Positions 1 to 10,369 of a stretch of 64,000 nt of DNA are shown one piece after another; the stretch's first letter is position 1; every line of letters starts with the position of its first letter. Made by a program: the position numbers and the translations under genes. A model generated the notes under the pieces. The model saw nothing but the letters and a program-made list of their open reading frames with translations, was not told where the DNA came from and did no database searches. The stretch is from Myxococcota bacterium. Its GTDB lineage: Bacteria; Myxococcota_A; UBA796; UBA2385. The DNA is taken from positions 1 through 64,000 of the forward strand of contig JBIJDH010000017.1 of the NCBI GenBank assembly GCA_044344255.1, in the 5' to 3' direction.

Positions 1-310
1 CCATCCGATGGGGGAGGCAGGAGGACCGGGGAGAGAAGGGTTGGGGCAACCACAGCAGTCCCCCTACGTCGCGGGTGCAGCGCCGATGCGGCGACACCTC
101 CCCCATCGGATGGAGGAGGCAGGAGGACCAAGCAGATAAGGGTAGGGGCAACCACAGCAGTCCCCCTCCGTCGCCGATGCGGCGACACCTCCCCCATCCG
201 ATGGGGGAGGCAGGAGGACCGGCGAGAAGCGCGATACGCAATTACGAGAATGCTCCCTGCCTCCCCCATCATATGGGGGAGGTGGCGCGGCATCCGCGCC
301 GGAGGGGGAC
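1..310. repeat. Array of REP-like double-hairpin repeats: tandem units at 1-27 (truncated by the window edge), 36-129 and 138-220, plus an inverted copy at 256-310
   Basis: The unit aagggt(t/a)ggggcaaccacagcagtccccct..cgtc..gccgatgcggcgacacctcccccatc.gatgg.ggaggcaggaggacc recurs with 8-nt variable spacers (28-35, 130-137). Unit 36-129 carries an 11-nt insertion. 256-310 is a diverged reverse complement of 160-214. Confidence 0.9.
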
Positions 311-338
311 GCTGGCGCGTTCGCTACACCACGTTGGT

Positions 339-710
339 TCAGCGTGATTCGAGCCACAGCGCATCGAAGATCGCGCGTCGCACAGCATCCCGGTCACCCA
401 GCACCTGGCCCGACGAGAAGCGCAGAACGCGGACACCACGCTCCCGTAGCAGCCAGCCGTCTCGCTCCAGATCGTGGGCGATCGCCCCCGGCTCTGCGTG
501 CTGCTGGCCATCTACCTCGACCGCGAGGCGGGCCTGCGGGCAGTAGAAGTCCAATACATATGGACCACAGGGCACCTGTCGACGAAAACGAGCGCCCTCC
601 AGGCGGCGACCTCGGAGCATCTCCCAGAGAGCCGCCTCCACGGGGCTCTGCGATGCACGAAGCTCACGGGCCTGGCCGGTCGTCGCGTAGGTCTGGCGTC
701 CACTTGTCAT
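339..710 (-). CDS. DUF559 / Vsr-like PD-(D/E)xK endonuclease domain protein
   Basis: Motifs ARELR..QS..EAALW..LR.RRL.G.RFRRQ.P.GPY.LDFYC..ARLAVEVDG.QH and RD..L...G.RVLRF are typical of DUF559. Confidence 0.9.
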   Translation of the reverse strand: MTSGRQTYATTGQARELRASQSPVEAALWEMLRGRRLEGARFRRQVPCGPYVLDFYCPQARLAVEVDGQQHAEPGAIAHDLERDGWLLRERGVRVLRFSSGQVLGDRDAVRRAIFDALWLESR

Positions 711-782
711 TCGTCATCTTCCGACAGGCAGCCGGCCGAACAGCAGCCGTCAGGTGATCAGGGGATCAAGGACCAAGGGCCG

Positions 783-1976
783 TCACGGTCTGTCAGACCT
801 CGCGAGACGAAAGCCGAGGATGTTGTAGCGGACGGCCGGGTCGTCCCCGTAGCGGCGGGCGACCCGGGCGTAGGCGGCAGAGTCGAACCAGCAGCCGCCG
901 CGGACGACCCGGTCGGAGCCGCTACCTGCACCCTGCGGGTCTGCCTGCTTGCCGCTGCTGTAGGCGCCATACCAGTCCCACGTCCACTCCCACACGTTGC
1001 CCGTCATGTCGTAGAGGCCGTAGCCGTTGGCTGCCTTCTCCCCGACCGGGTGAGCGGTGTTGTTGCTGTTCTCGCTGGTCCAGCCCACGGCACCCAGCTC
1101 GGCGCCTCCTGCGTACAAGCTGCCTCGACCGCCCCGCGCCGCCACCTCCCACTCCGCCTCCGTCGGCAAGCGGTAGCCCGTGCAGCTCAGGCCCCGCGGC
1201 CAGCTCACGCTGTCGCCGCTGATCGTGTAGCAGGCTTCGAGACCGTCCTTCTTCGAGAGCGCGTTCGCGAATTTTGCTGCGTCTATCCACGATACGCAAT
1301 GCGCCGGGAGGATGCTGCCCACCCCGCCGACGCTACACGCCGCTTGTTCCTTCCCGCCGTAGAACATGTTCCCGGTCCAGGGTGTGCTCCCCATCACGCT
1401 CTGCCACAGCCCCTGCGTCACCTCGATCTTCCCCATCAGGGTGCCCCGGCTCAGCTTCACCGTGTGCGCCGGCTTCTCGTCCGCATCGCAGCCCGACTGG
1501 CTCGCCGTGCAGCCCACCTCGTAGCTGCCCGCCGGCACGGCCATCATCGTATAGCCGCTCGGGCCCGTCCAGGTTCCGCCAGACACCGCGCCCCCGCTCG
1601 CGGGCGCCGCCAGCCAGGCCCGCATGCCATCCAGCGCCGAGACGCTCACCGACCGCCGACGCTCACCGAGGTCGTTCGTACACTTCACCTCGGCCGACCC
1701 GTAGAGGTCGATGTACCGCTTCACGTCCGCGGCCCCCAGCTCCTTCGCCTTCGCGCTCGTCTCCTGCAAGCGGGGGGCGAGGCCGGAGGCGTCCGCGTTG
1801 GCCTGCGCGACCAGCTTCCGCTCCTCTTTGTCCAGGCAGGCGTCCAGCTCGCCGTTCAGGCGAACCTCCAGGTCTGCGGCCTCGTCTTTCCGGCCGCGCG
1901 CCCAGGCTCCGGTTCCCGCACAGACGCCCAGTCCGAGGATGATCCCAATCGCCTTGTCGCGCATCGTCAGCCTCAT
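783..1976 (-). CDS. Formylglycine-generating-enzyme (FGE-sulfatase/SUMF1, CLec-fold) domain protein with N-terminal signal or TM segment
   Basis: Motifs EVTQGLW, VSWIDA..FAN.LS, YRLPTEAEWE.AARGG, NGYGLYDMTGNVWEW, RVVRGG.W and LGFRLAR. Confidence 0.9.
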   Translation of the reverse strand: MRLTMRDKAIGIILGLGVCAGTGAWARGRKDEAADLEVRLNGELDACLDKEERKLVAQANADASGLAPRLQETSAKAKELGAADVKRYIDLYGSAEVKCTNDLGERRRSVSVSALDGMRAWLAAPASGGAVSGGTWTGPSGYTMMAVPAGSYEVGCTASQSGCDADEKPAHTVKLSRGTLMGKIEVTQGLWQSVMGSTPWTGNMFYGGKEQAACSVGGVGSILPAHCVSWIDAAKFANALSKKDGLEACYTISGDSVSWPRGLSCTGYRLPTEAEWEVAARGGRGSLYAGGAELGAVGWTSENSNNTAHPVGEKAANGYGLYDMTGNVWEWTWDWYGAYSSGKQADPQGAGSGSDRVVRGGCWFDSAAYARVARRYGDDPAVRYNILGFRLARSDRP

Positions 1977-1987
1977 CGCTCTGGAGC

Positions 1988-2803
1988 CTACTTCGGTCGA
2001 GGCCCCGCCTCAACCGCCGACGACGTCGGACGCGCCCCTCGCCGCGGCCCGGGCCACGGGGGGCCCTGCTCCGACGACCGCAGCAGGATCGCGACGCCCA
2101 CCGTCGCGGCTGGCAGCCAAAGGAGGTCGAGCAGCGGGAGGGACAGGAGGCAGAGCTGGACGGCGAGGAAGCCGACGAGGGGGCCGGGGTTCGCCATCAT
2201 CCAGCGGAGCTGTGCGGCGGAGCCGAGCCCGGCGCGACGGAAGGGCAGCGCGAAGACCTCCCGGAGGAGCCAGGCGAGGCCTGCGAAGACGCCCACCGGC
2301 AGCGGCAGGAGGAAGAGCAGGAGCAGGACGAGGCAGAAGCGGGGGAGGAGCGCCGCCAGCGCCCCCGGGGGAGGGAGGGGCGTGTCGGCGAGCGCCTGCA
2401 CTCTGGGCCCCGAGGCCTCGGAGACGGCGTGCAGCTCGAGCTCGTCGAGCAGTCGAGAGCAGACCGGGCGACAGAGCGCCACCGCGAGGGCCGCGGCCCC
2501 GAGCACCCCGACCCACAGGCCCCCGAGCTCCAGCGCGCCGCGGACCCAGGGCCGCAGGTGGCGGGCGTGACGGAGCCTCCAGCCGACCCCGAGCGCCCCG
2601 ACCGGGCCGAGGATCAGGGCGCTGGCGAGCAAGACGCCAGCCGGGACGAGGGCGAGGCGGAGCCGCGTTGGCCGCTCGAAGAGGAAGAGCCAACCGCCCA
2701 AGGCCGCTCGGACGCCGCCTTCGACACCACCTTGGGAGGCCTCCGGAGCGGGAGGGGGCCCACCCTCGGCGGCGCTCGGCGATGGGGTTCGGTCGTCCGG
2801 CAT
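1988..2803 (-). CDS. EI24/CysZ-like membrane protein
   Basis: Several hydrophobic segments. The C-terminal pattern PF.R.G......RW...N....GF.......L.LPLL.LL.LPAA.VG resembles the EI24/CysZ family. Confidence 0.6.
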   Translation of the reverse strand: MPDDRTPSPSAAEGGPPPAPEASQGGVEGGVRAALGGWLFLFERPTRLRLALVPAGVLLASALILGPVGALGVGWRLRHARHLRPWVRGALELGGLWVGVLGAAALAVALCRPVCSRLLDELELHAVSEASGPRVQALADTPLPPPGALAALLPRFCLVLLLLFLLPLPVGVFAGLAWLLREVFALPFRRAGLGSAAQLRWMMANPGPLVGFLAVQLCLLSLPLLDLLWLPAATVGVAILLRSSEQGPPWPGPRRGARPTSSAVEAGPRPK

Positions 2804-2829
2804 CGAGGTGGGCCCCCCCAGCCCATCGA

Positions 2830-3117
2830 CCGACGCCTATCCCCGCGGGGGCGGAGGCCCGAGCGGCGCGCGCCAGCGGGGAGGCCGCGACGGCGTCCGC
2901 CAGCGCCTCCGAGCCTCGCTGGAGGTCCCCGGCGCGGACGGTGAGCCGGCCGTGGATCAGGCTGGCGTCTGCGCAGGCGATCGCGACGGGACGATGATTC
3001 GGCCACCTGTGGCGCATCGACCGCGAAGGCCAAGCGCGCGGCGCCGTCCTCCGGAGCGGCCAGCCAGGCCTCCGCCGGCCCAGCCAAGGCACGGGAGAGG
3101 AGCAGGAGGGTGAACAT
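2830..3117 (-). pseudogene. Possible frameshifted remnant of a small exported protein
   Basis: GGAG SD followed by MFTLLLLSRALAGPAEAWLAA (signal-like). After about 40 codons this frame turns Arg/Pro-rich, while an adjacent frame gives normal GC3-rich codons (PVAIACADASLIHGRLTV...). Confidence 0.3.
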
Positions 3118-3290
3118 CATCCTCTCCCAAACCCAGCGGCCCGCCGGCCAGGGTCGGACCTCGACGCTCCGCGACCGGCGGCCCTCGATGGCCGGACGAC
3201 GGGCTCCCCGACACCCGAGAGGCCACATGAGCAAGGTTACACACCGAGCGGAGGCGCGCCCCTCCACGAGCCCAGCCGACGAGGTCTCCC

Positions 3291-3638
3291 ATGCCCACCT
3301 TGCCCGTCTCTGTCGTGACCATCGGCCTCCTCCTGGCCTCCAACGTCTTTATGACCTTCGCGTGGTATGGCCACCTGAAGTTCAAGTCCACCGGCCTGAT
3401 CACCGTCATTCTGGTGTCTTGGGGCATCGCCTTCTTCGAATATTGCCTGCAAGTGCCCGCCAACCGTATCGGCTCGTCACAATTTAACGGGGCCGAATTG
3501 AAGACCATTCAAGAGGTGATCACCCTGTCGGTCTTCGCGGTATTTTCAGTGTTCTACCTAAAAGAACCACTGACCTGGAACTATGCAGTAGGGTTCGCGT
3601 TCATCGGGCTGGGAGCCTTCTTCATCTTTCACAAGTGA
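3291..3638 (+). CDS. DMT-family small membrane protein (DUF486 type)
   Basis: Motifs SNVFMTFAWYGHLK, SWGIAFFEYCLQVPANRIG and LKTIQEVITLSVF. Confidence 0.9.
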   Translation: MPTLPVSVVTIGLLLASNVFMTFAWYGHLKFKSTGLITVILVSWGIAFFEYCLQVPANRIGSSQFNGAELKTIQEVITLSVFAVFSVFYLKEPLTWNYAVGFAFIGLGAFFIFHK

Positions 3639-3664
3639 ATGAACGCCGGTCGCCTCCGGGCGCC

Positions 3665-5096
3665 CTACAGCCCCTCGCGCTCCGAGGTGCGGAGCGCCCA
3701 GCCGTTGATGAAGCGCTCGCCGATGGGCAGGCTCACCGGGGCGTACACCTGCAGGAAGGTCGGGCCGAATTCGCCTGGATCGGACAATGCGATCGGCGCC
3801 GATGAGATCAGGCCGGCCTCCGGTAGGATGAGCGAGGGCCTCCGACCGAACACATAGGCGTAGTCCACGCGCTCGTGCCCGGCGAGGCCGGAGCCGAGGC
3901 CCTCGGCCGGCGCCCGGGCGATGTGGGCGTCGGTGAGGCCGAACATGTCGATCGTCGGGAGCTCGGCGTAGTAGGGCAAGATCCCGGCGGCGTGTACGGC
4001 TATCCAGCGATCGTGAGGCACCACCTCACGCAGGCGCAGCCCGGCCTCTCGGCGACCCAGGAGGTCGACCGCGAAACGCTCGGCGAAGGCCGCCATCGAC
4101 CGCCAGCCCGGGATGGCCCAGACCACCCCGAGGAGCACCACCGCGGCCCGGCCCAGGGGCGGCAACCGCGAAAACAGCGCCCTCGAGAGCACGGCCATCG
4201 GCACGAGCAGCGGGATGAGGAAGCGGTAGGTGCCCTTAAAGTCGCCACCCACGAGCAGGATGTAGGACAGGAAGAAGGCGATGAGCGCCAGCGCCGGACG
4301 CCAAGGCCCAGCGCCCTCCGAGGGCATGGGGGCCCCTTCACCGCGGGTCCGAGCCCCTCGGATCAACAGGCCCGCCCCCAGCGCCGCCGCAGCGAGGAGG
4401 GGCAACGAGGAGGTGGCCCCGTCGCCGAGGTACCGGAGCCCCCGCAGTAAGGCGCCGCCGGCCACGCCCTGCCCGTCGCCCACCTTGGCGTGAAAGGTGT
4501 TGGGCACGAGGTCGCCGTAGTAGGCGAGGCGGAAGGCGATGTGCGGCAGGGTCATCGCCAGGAAGCCCACCGCCGGCCACCTCTCGCGCCGGAACAGCCA
4601 GAGGACACCGAAGACCGCGTAGCCCTCGGGGCGGGTGAGCGCCGCGAGGCCCGCGAAGGCCCACCAGCCCTTGCGCGCCTCGAGGGCGAGCGCCACCAGC
4701 ACGGCGTAGAGCAGCGTCTCGAGGCCCTGCACCGCCTCCAGGGCGAGGCCCGGAAAACAAGCGACCAAGGCAGCGGGGCGCCAGTCGCGGCCGCCCAATC
4801 GCCAGGCCGTCCCCAGCAGCGCCGCGCTCAGGAGGTAGCCGTAGGCAGTGTTCACCGGCCCGGGGTCAAGACCGACGAGCTCGGTGGGCACGAACAGCAG
4901 CGTCCACAAGAAGTTGGTGTAGCCCTCCACCACCTCGCCGGGGTTGTAGACGAAGCCCAGGCCGCGGGCGAGGTGCTGCGCTTAGCGGAACGAGATGTAG
5001 GCGTCGTCCTGCGAGCAGACGCCGTAGCTGGCCTCCAGCAAGAGCAGCCCGGCGATCACCACCAGCAGGCCGATCCGGCCGGAGGGAGGGCGCGGC

Positions 5097-5104
<8 letters not shown>
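3665..5104 (-). pseudogene. GT-C-type multi-TM glycosyltransferase (AftB/PMT-like) with an in-frame TAA at 4982-4984
   Basis: From the GTG at 5104 the frame reads ...[37 protein letters not shown] and continues to 3665, with GLET, TRPEG, YYGDLVPNTF.AK, GGDF...RF, ID.FGL.D.HIA and GHE motifs. Confidence 0.8.
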
Positions 5105-7019
<1,915 letters not shown>

Positions 7020-7054
7020 CGAGGACTCCCGAGGGCCCCCCCGCTAACGCGCCA

Positions 7055-7082
7055 TTGCAAAGGGCGGCCCGACCGTTAGAAT
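7055..7082 (+). promoter_or_regulatory. Putative sigma70 promoter for the acyl-CoA ligase gene
   Basis: TTGCAA-N16-TAGAAT, 40 nt upstream of the TTG start. Confidence 0.45.
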
Positions 7083-7122
7083 CGATGCCCCGCGCACATC
7101 AACTGCCCGCCCCGGAGCTGCC

Positions 7123-8946
7123 TTGGCCACCGCCTCCTTCCAGTCCTTCGCCGAGATGTTCCTCCACCGGGTCGCTTCCACCCCGGACGCCGACGCCTTC
7201 TACTACCCCGACGCCTCCGAGCAGTGGATCACGCTCAAGTGGTCTCAGGTGGGCGAGCAGGTGTCCCGCATCGCCGGCGGGCTGCACGCCCTCGGGGTGC
7301 TGGCGGAGCAGCGCTGCGCGATCATGTCGAACACGCGCTACGACTGGGTGGCGATCGACATCGGCATCCTCTGCGCGGCCTGCGCCACCACCACGATCTA
7401 CCCGAACAGCAAGGCCGAAGACTTCGAGCACATCATCAACGACTCGCAAGCCCAGGTCGTCTTCGTCGAGACCGACGCCCATGTGCGAGATCTCCTGGGC
7501 AGCCGCGAGAAGATGCCCGGCCTGAAGAAGATCGTGGTGATCAACGGCAAGGCCACGGCGGACGGCTTCGTCACCACCCTCACCGAGCTCGAGGAGGTCG
7601 GCAAGAAGTGGAACGCCAACAACGCAGGCGAGTATGAGAAGCGGGCCCGCGCCGTGCGCTCCGAGTCGCTCGCGACCCTCATCTACACCTCGGGCACCAC
7701 CGGCAAGCCGAAGGGCGTCGAGCTCACGCACGACTGCTGGGTCTTCGAGGCCGAGGCGATGGACGGGCTGGGCTTCCTCACCCCCGCTGACAAGCAGTTC
7801 CTCTGGCTGCCGCTGGCCCACTCCTTCGGCAAGGTGCTCGAGGCCGCCGTCGTGCGCATCGGCATCCCCACCGCGATCGACGGGCGAATTGACCGCATCG
7901 TCGAGAACCTCGGAAAGGTGCAGCCCACCTTCGTCGCCGCCGTGCCGCGTATCTTCGAGAAGGTCTACAACAAGGTCGTCTCTGGGGCCAAGGCCGGCGG
8001 CGGCATGAAGTACAAGATCTTCCAGTGGGCCGTCGCCACCGGCCGCGAGGGCTCCGTGCTGCGCCAGGCGGGTCGCGAGCCCTCCGGCCTGCTCTCCATC
8101 AAGTTGAAGCTCGCCGACAAGCTGGTCTTCCACAAGATCAAGACCCTCTTCGGCGGTCGGCTGCGCTTCTTCATCTCGGGCTCGGCGGCCCTCAACCGCG
8201 AGATCGCCGAGTTCTTCCACTCGCTCGGCATCCTCATCCTCGAGGGCTACGGCCTCACCGAGACGAGCGCCGCCAGCTACGTCAACCGCCCCGACAAGCT
8301 CAAGTTCGGCTCGGTGGGCGTGCCGCTGCCCGGCGTGCTCTCCAAGCTCGACCCGGCCGACGGCGAGATCCTGCTCGGCGGCCGCGGCATCATGAAGGGC
8401 TACCACAACCTGCCCGAGGCCACCGCCGAGTGCCTCACCCCGGACGGCTGGCTCCGCACCGGCGACATCGGCACCGTCGACGCCGACGGCTTCTTGCGCA
8501 TCACTGACCGCAAGAAGGACCTCATCAAGACCTCCGGCGGCAAGTATGTGGCCCCTCAGGAGATCGAGGGTCGGCTCAAGAAGTCGAACCCGCTCATCAG
8601 CCAGGCGCTCGTACACGGCAACAACCGCAACTTCTGCGTCGTGCTGATCACGCTCGACGAAGAGGCCGCGAAGAACTGGGCCAAGGCCAACAACAAGGGC
8701 GAGCTCAGCCCGGAGGCCATCGCCAAGGACCCCGACATGAACGCCCTCATCAAGGCGTCGGTCGATGAGCTCAACGGCAGCCTCGCCCGCTACGAGTCGC
8801 TCAAGTACTTCTCGATCCTCGAGCGGGACTTCACCTCCGACAACGGCTTCCTCACCCCCTCGATGAAGCTGAAGCGTAAGTTCGTGGAGTCCACCTACAA
8901 GGCGCTCCTCGACGGCTTCTACGTCGGCGCGAAAGAGGAGTCCTGA
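7123..8946 (+). CDS. fadD: Long-chain fatty acid-CoA ligase (AMP-dependent synthetase)
   Basis: Motifs IYTSGTTGKPKGV, EGYGLTET, WLRTGDIG, ITDRKKDLIKTSGGKYVAPQ and LTPSMKLKR. Confidence 0.9.
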   Translation: MATASFQSFAEMFLHRVASTPDADAFYYPDASEQWITLKWSQVGEQVSRIAGGLHALGVLAEQRCAIMSNTRYDWVAIDIGILCAACATTTIYPNSKAEDFEHIINDSQAQVVFVETDAHVRDLLGSREKMPGLKKIVVINGKATADGFVTTLTELEEVGKKWNANNAGEYEKRARAVRSESLATLIYTSGTTGKPKGVELTHDCWVFEAEAMDGLGFLTPADKQFLWLPLAHSFGKVLEAAVVRIGIPTAIDGRIDRIVENLGKVQPTFVAAVPRIFEKVYNKVVSGAKAGGGMKYKIFQWAVATGREGSVLRQAGREPSGLLSIKLKLADKLVFHKIKTLFGGRLRFFISGSAALNREIAEFFHSLGILILEGYGLTETSAASYVNRPDKLKFGSVGVPLPGVLSKLDPADGEILLGGRGIMKGYHNLPEATAECLTPDGWLRTGDIGTVDADGFLRITDRKKDLIKTSGGKYVAPQEIEGRLKKSNPLISQALVHGNNRNFCVVLITLDEEAAKNWAKANNKGELSPEAIAKDPDMNALIKASVDELNGSLARYESLKYFSILERDFTSDNGFLTPSMKLKRKFVESTYKALLDGFYVGAKEES

Positions 8947-8964
8947 GCGGGCTGGCCCCAGGGA

Positions 8965-9405
8965 TCAGGCCCCGCGGAAGACCCTGCGGAGCCAGCCCCG
9001 GAGCCCCCTGCGAGAGGGGAGCTGCCCGCCGTCGAGCAGCCGCGGCGGCTCGATGAGGGTGGGCTTCACCACCACCTCGTACTCATAGGTGACGCCCCTC
9101 CCCTTCGGGGTGGCCGCCTGGATGCGGAGGGTGAGGGTGTCGCCGGTGTCGGCCCAGCCCCGGAGCTCCACCGGGCGACCGGGCCGCGCGGGGCCGAGGT
9201 CGACAGCGTCATCGCTGCCCACCTTCACCTCGAAGGAGGCCCACTCGACGTCGGGCTCCACCACCACCCGGTAGCGACCATCGGCGGCCAGCGTGGCCCA
9301 GGTGAGCGGCGGAGCGCCGGGGTCTGCCGGCGGCGCGGACGCGGGGCGCGGCGCCGACCAGCCGCCTGCGCAGAAGGCCAGCAGGGTGAGCAGGGGTCCG
9401 GTCAC
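8965..9405 (-). CDS. Hypothetical exported protein
   Basis: GTG start overlaps the upstream TGA (GTGA); hydrophobic N-terminus followed by a beta-rich body. Confidence 0.6.
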   Translation of the reverse strand: MTGPLLTLLAFCAGGWSAPRPASAPPADPGAPPLTWATLAADGRYRVVVEPDVEWASFEVKVGSDDAVDLGPARPGRPVELRGWADTGDTLTLRIQAATPKGRGVTYEYEVVVKPTLIEPPRLLDGGQLPSRRGLRGWLRRVFRGA

Positions 9406-10361
9406 GCGCGCTCCTTGGCGCGGCGGTTCCAGCCGCGCAGCAGGCTGAGGTAGTCGATGGAGGCCGGGCTGCGGAGGGGCGGGCTGCTCGCGGAGCCACG
9501 GCGGATCGCGCGACGTGCGGCCTCCCGCGCGGCCTCCGGGCCCTCCACCCGGTCGGCGAGCTCCGCGCCGATGAAGCCGCGGCGCACCAGATCCTGGGCG
9601 AGCCCCGCCGCGGCCCAATCGTCCTGGCCCGTCTCGACGAGCCAGGCTTCGAGCACCTCGCCAGCGCCGGCGGGGTCGAGCAGGCCGTCCTGCAGCAGCA
9701 CCAGGGCGGCCTGCCACCAGGAGTAGATGGGCACGAGGCGCCCGCCCAAGGCGGCGAAGTCCTCCGGGGGGCGCCCCCGGTCGAGGCGGATGAAGATGCG
9801 GTCGACCACATCGGCCGTAGAGAGGCGGCCCGCCGCCTGGAGCGCCGCCTCGATGCGCGCGGGGTAAGCCCCCGCCGCCTCCATCAGGCGAGAGAGCTCC
9901 GCCGGCCCGATGCGGCCCGCGAGCACGTCGGCGTAGATCGAGTAGACCAGCGCGTCCACCTCGGCGTCATCGCCGAAGAGGGTCTCCCGAACGGCCCGCC
10001 CGAGGCCCTGTCGGCCCTCCAGGAGCGTGGGCAGCTTGTAGCCGACCTGCCCCTTGATGGCGCGGAGCTCGCCCTTCTTCAAGTGGGCGAGGCTGTCCTT
10101 GAGGGCGAGGTGCTCGAAGGTCACCCCGTCGAGGCGGAGCTTCTCCTCCAGCACCGGGCGGAGCTGGGTGGGAGAGCCGGACACGATGTAGACCTTCGAG
10201 CCCTGGTGGGCGCTGAGGGCCCGCATGAGGGCCGCCGCCCCGGGCACGGCGCGCTTCGCCGAGGCGGGCTCCGTGGCGCTGCGCATGAGCCCGCGCAGCG
10301 AGTCGAAGTCCGTCTCGAGGTAGGTCTTGTCGAGGTCCCAGCGGTAGACGTACACGCGCAC
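9402..10361 (-). CDS. HAD-superfamily phosphatase (App1/DUF2183-like)
   Basis: WDLDKTY (DxDxT motif), VSGSP and LFGDD.E.D. Confidence 0.75.
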   Translation of the reverse strand: MRVYVYRWDLDKTYLETDFDSLRGLMRSATEPASAKRAVPGAAALMRALSAHQGSKVYIVSGSPTQLRPVLEEKLRLDGVTFEHLALKDSLAHLKKGELRAIKGQVGYKLPTLLEGRQGLGRAVRETLFGDDAEVDALVYSIYADVLAGRIGPAELSRLMEAAGAYPARIEAALQAAGRLSTADVVDRIFIRLDRGRPPEDFAALGGRLVPIYSWWQAALVLLQDGLLDPAGAGEVLEAWLVETGQDDWAAAGLAQDLVRRGFIGAELADRVEGPEAAREAARRAIRRGSASSPPLRSPASIDYLSLLRGWNRRAKERA

Positions 10362-10369
10362 GGCGTATC

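Noticed and set aside
1..310. CRISPR array
   Set aside because: The units are 83-94 bp with only 8-nt variable parts, one copy is inverted, and no cas genes are present.
4982..4984. Programmed readthrough or recoding of the in-frame stop
   Set aside because: The codon is TAA, not TGA or TAG, and TAA ends other genes here (lgt, exbB); mutation or sequencing error is simpler.
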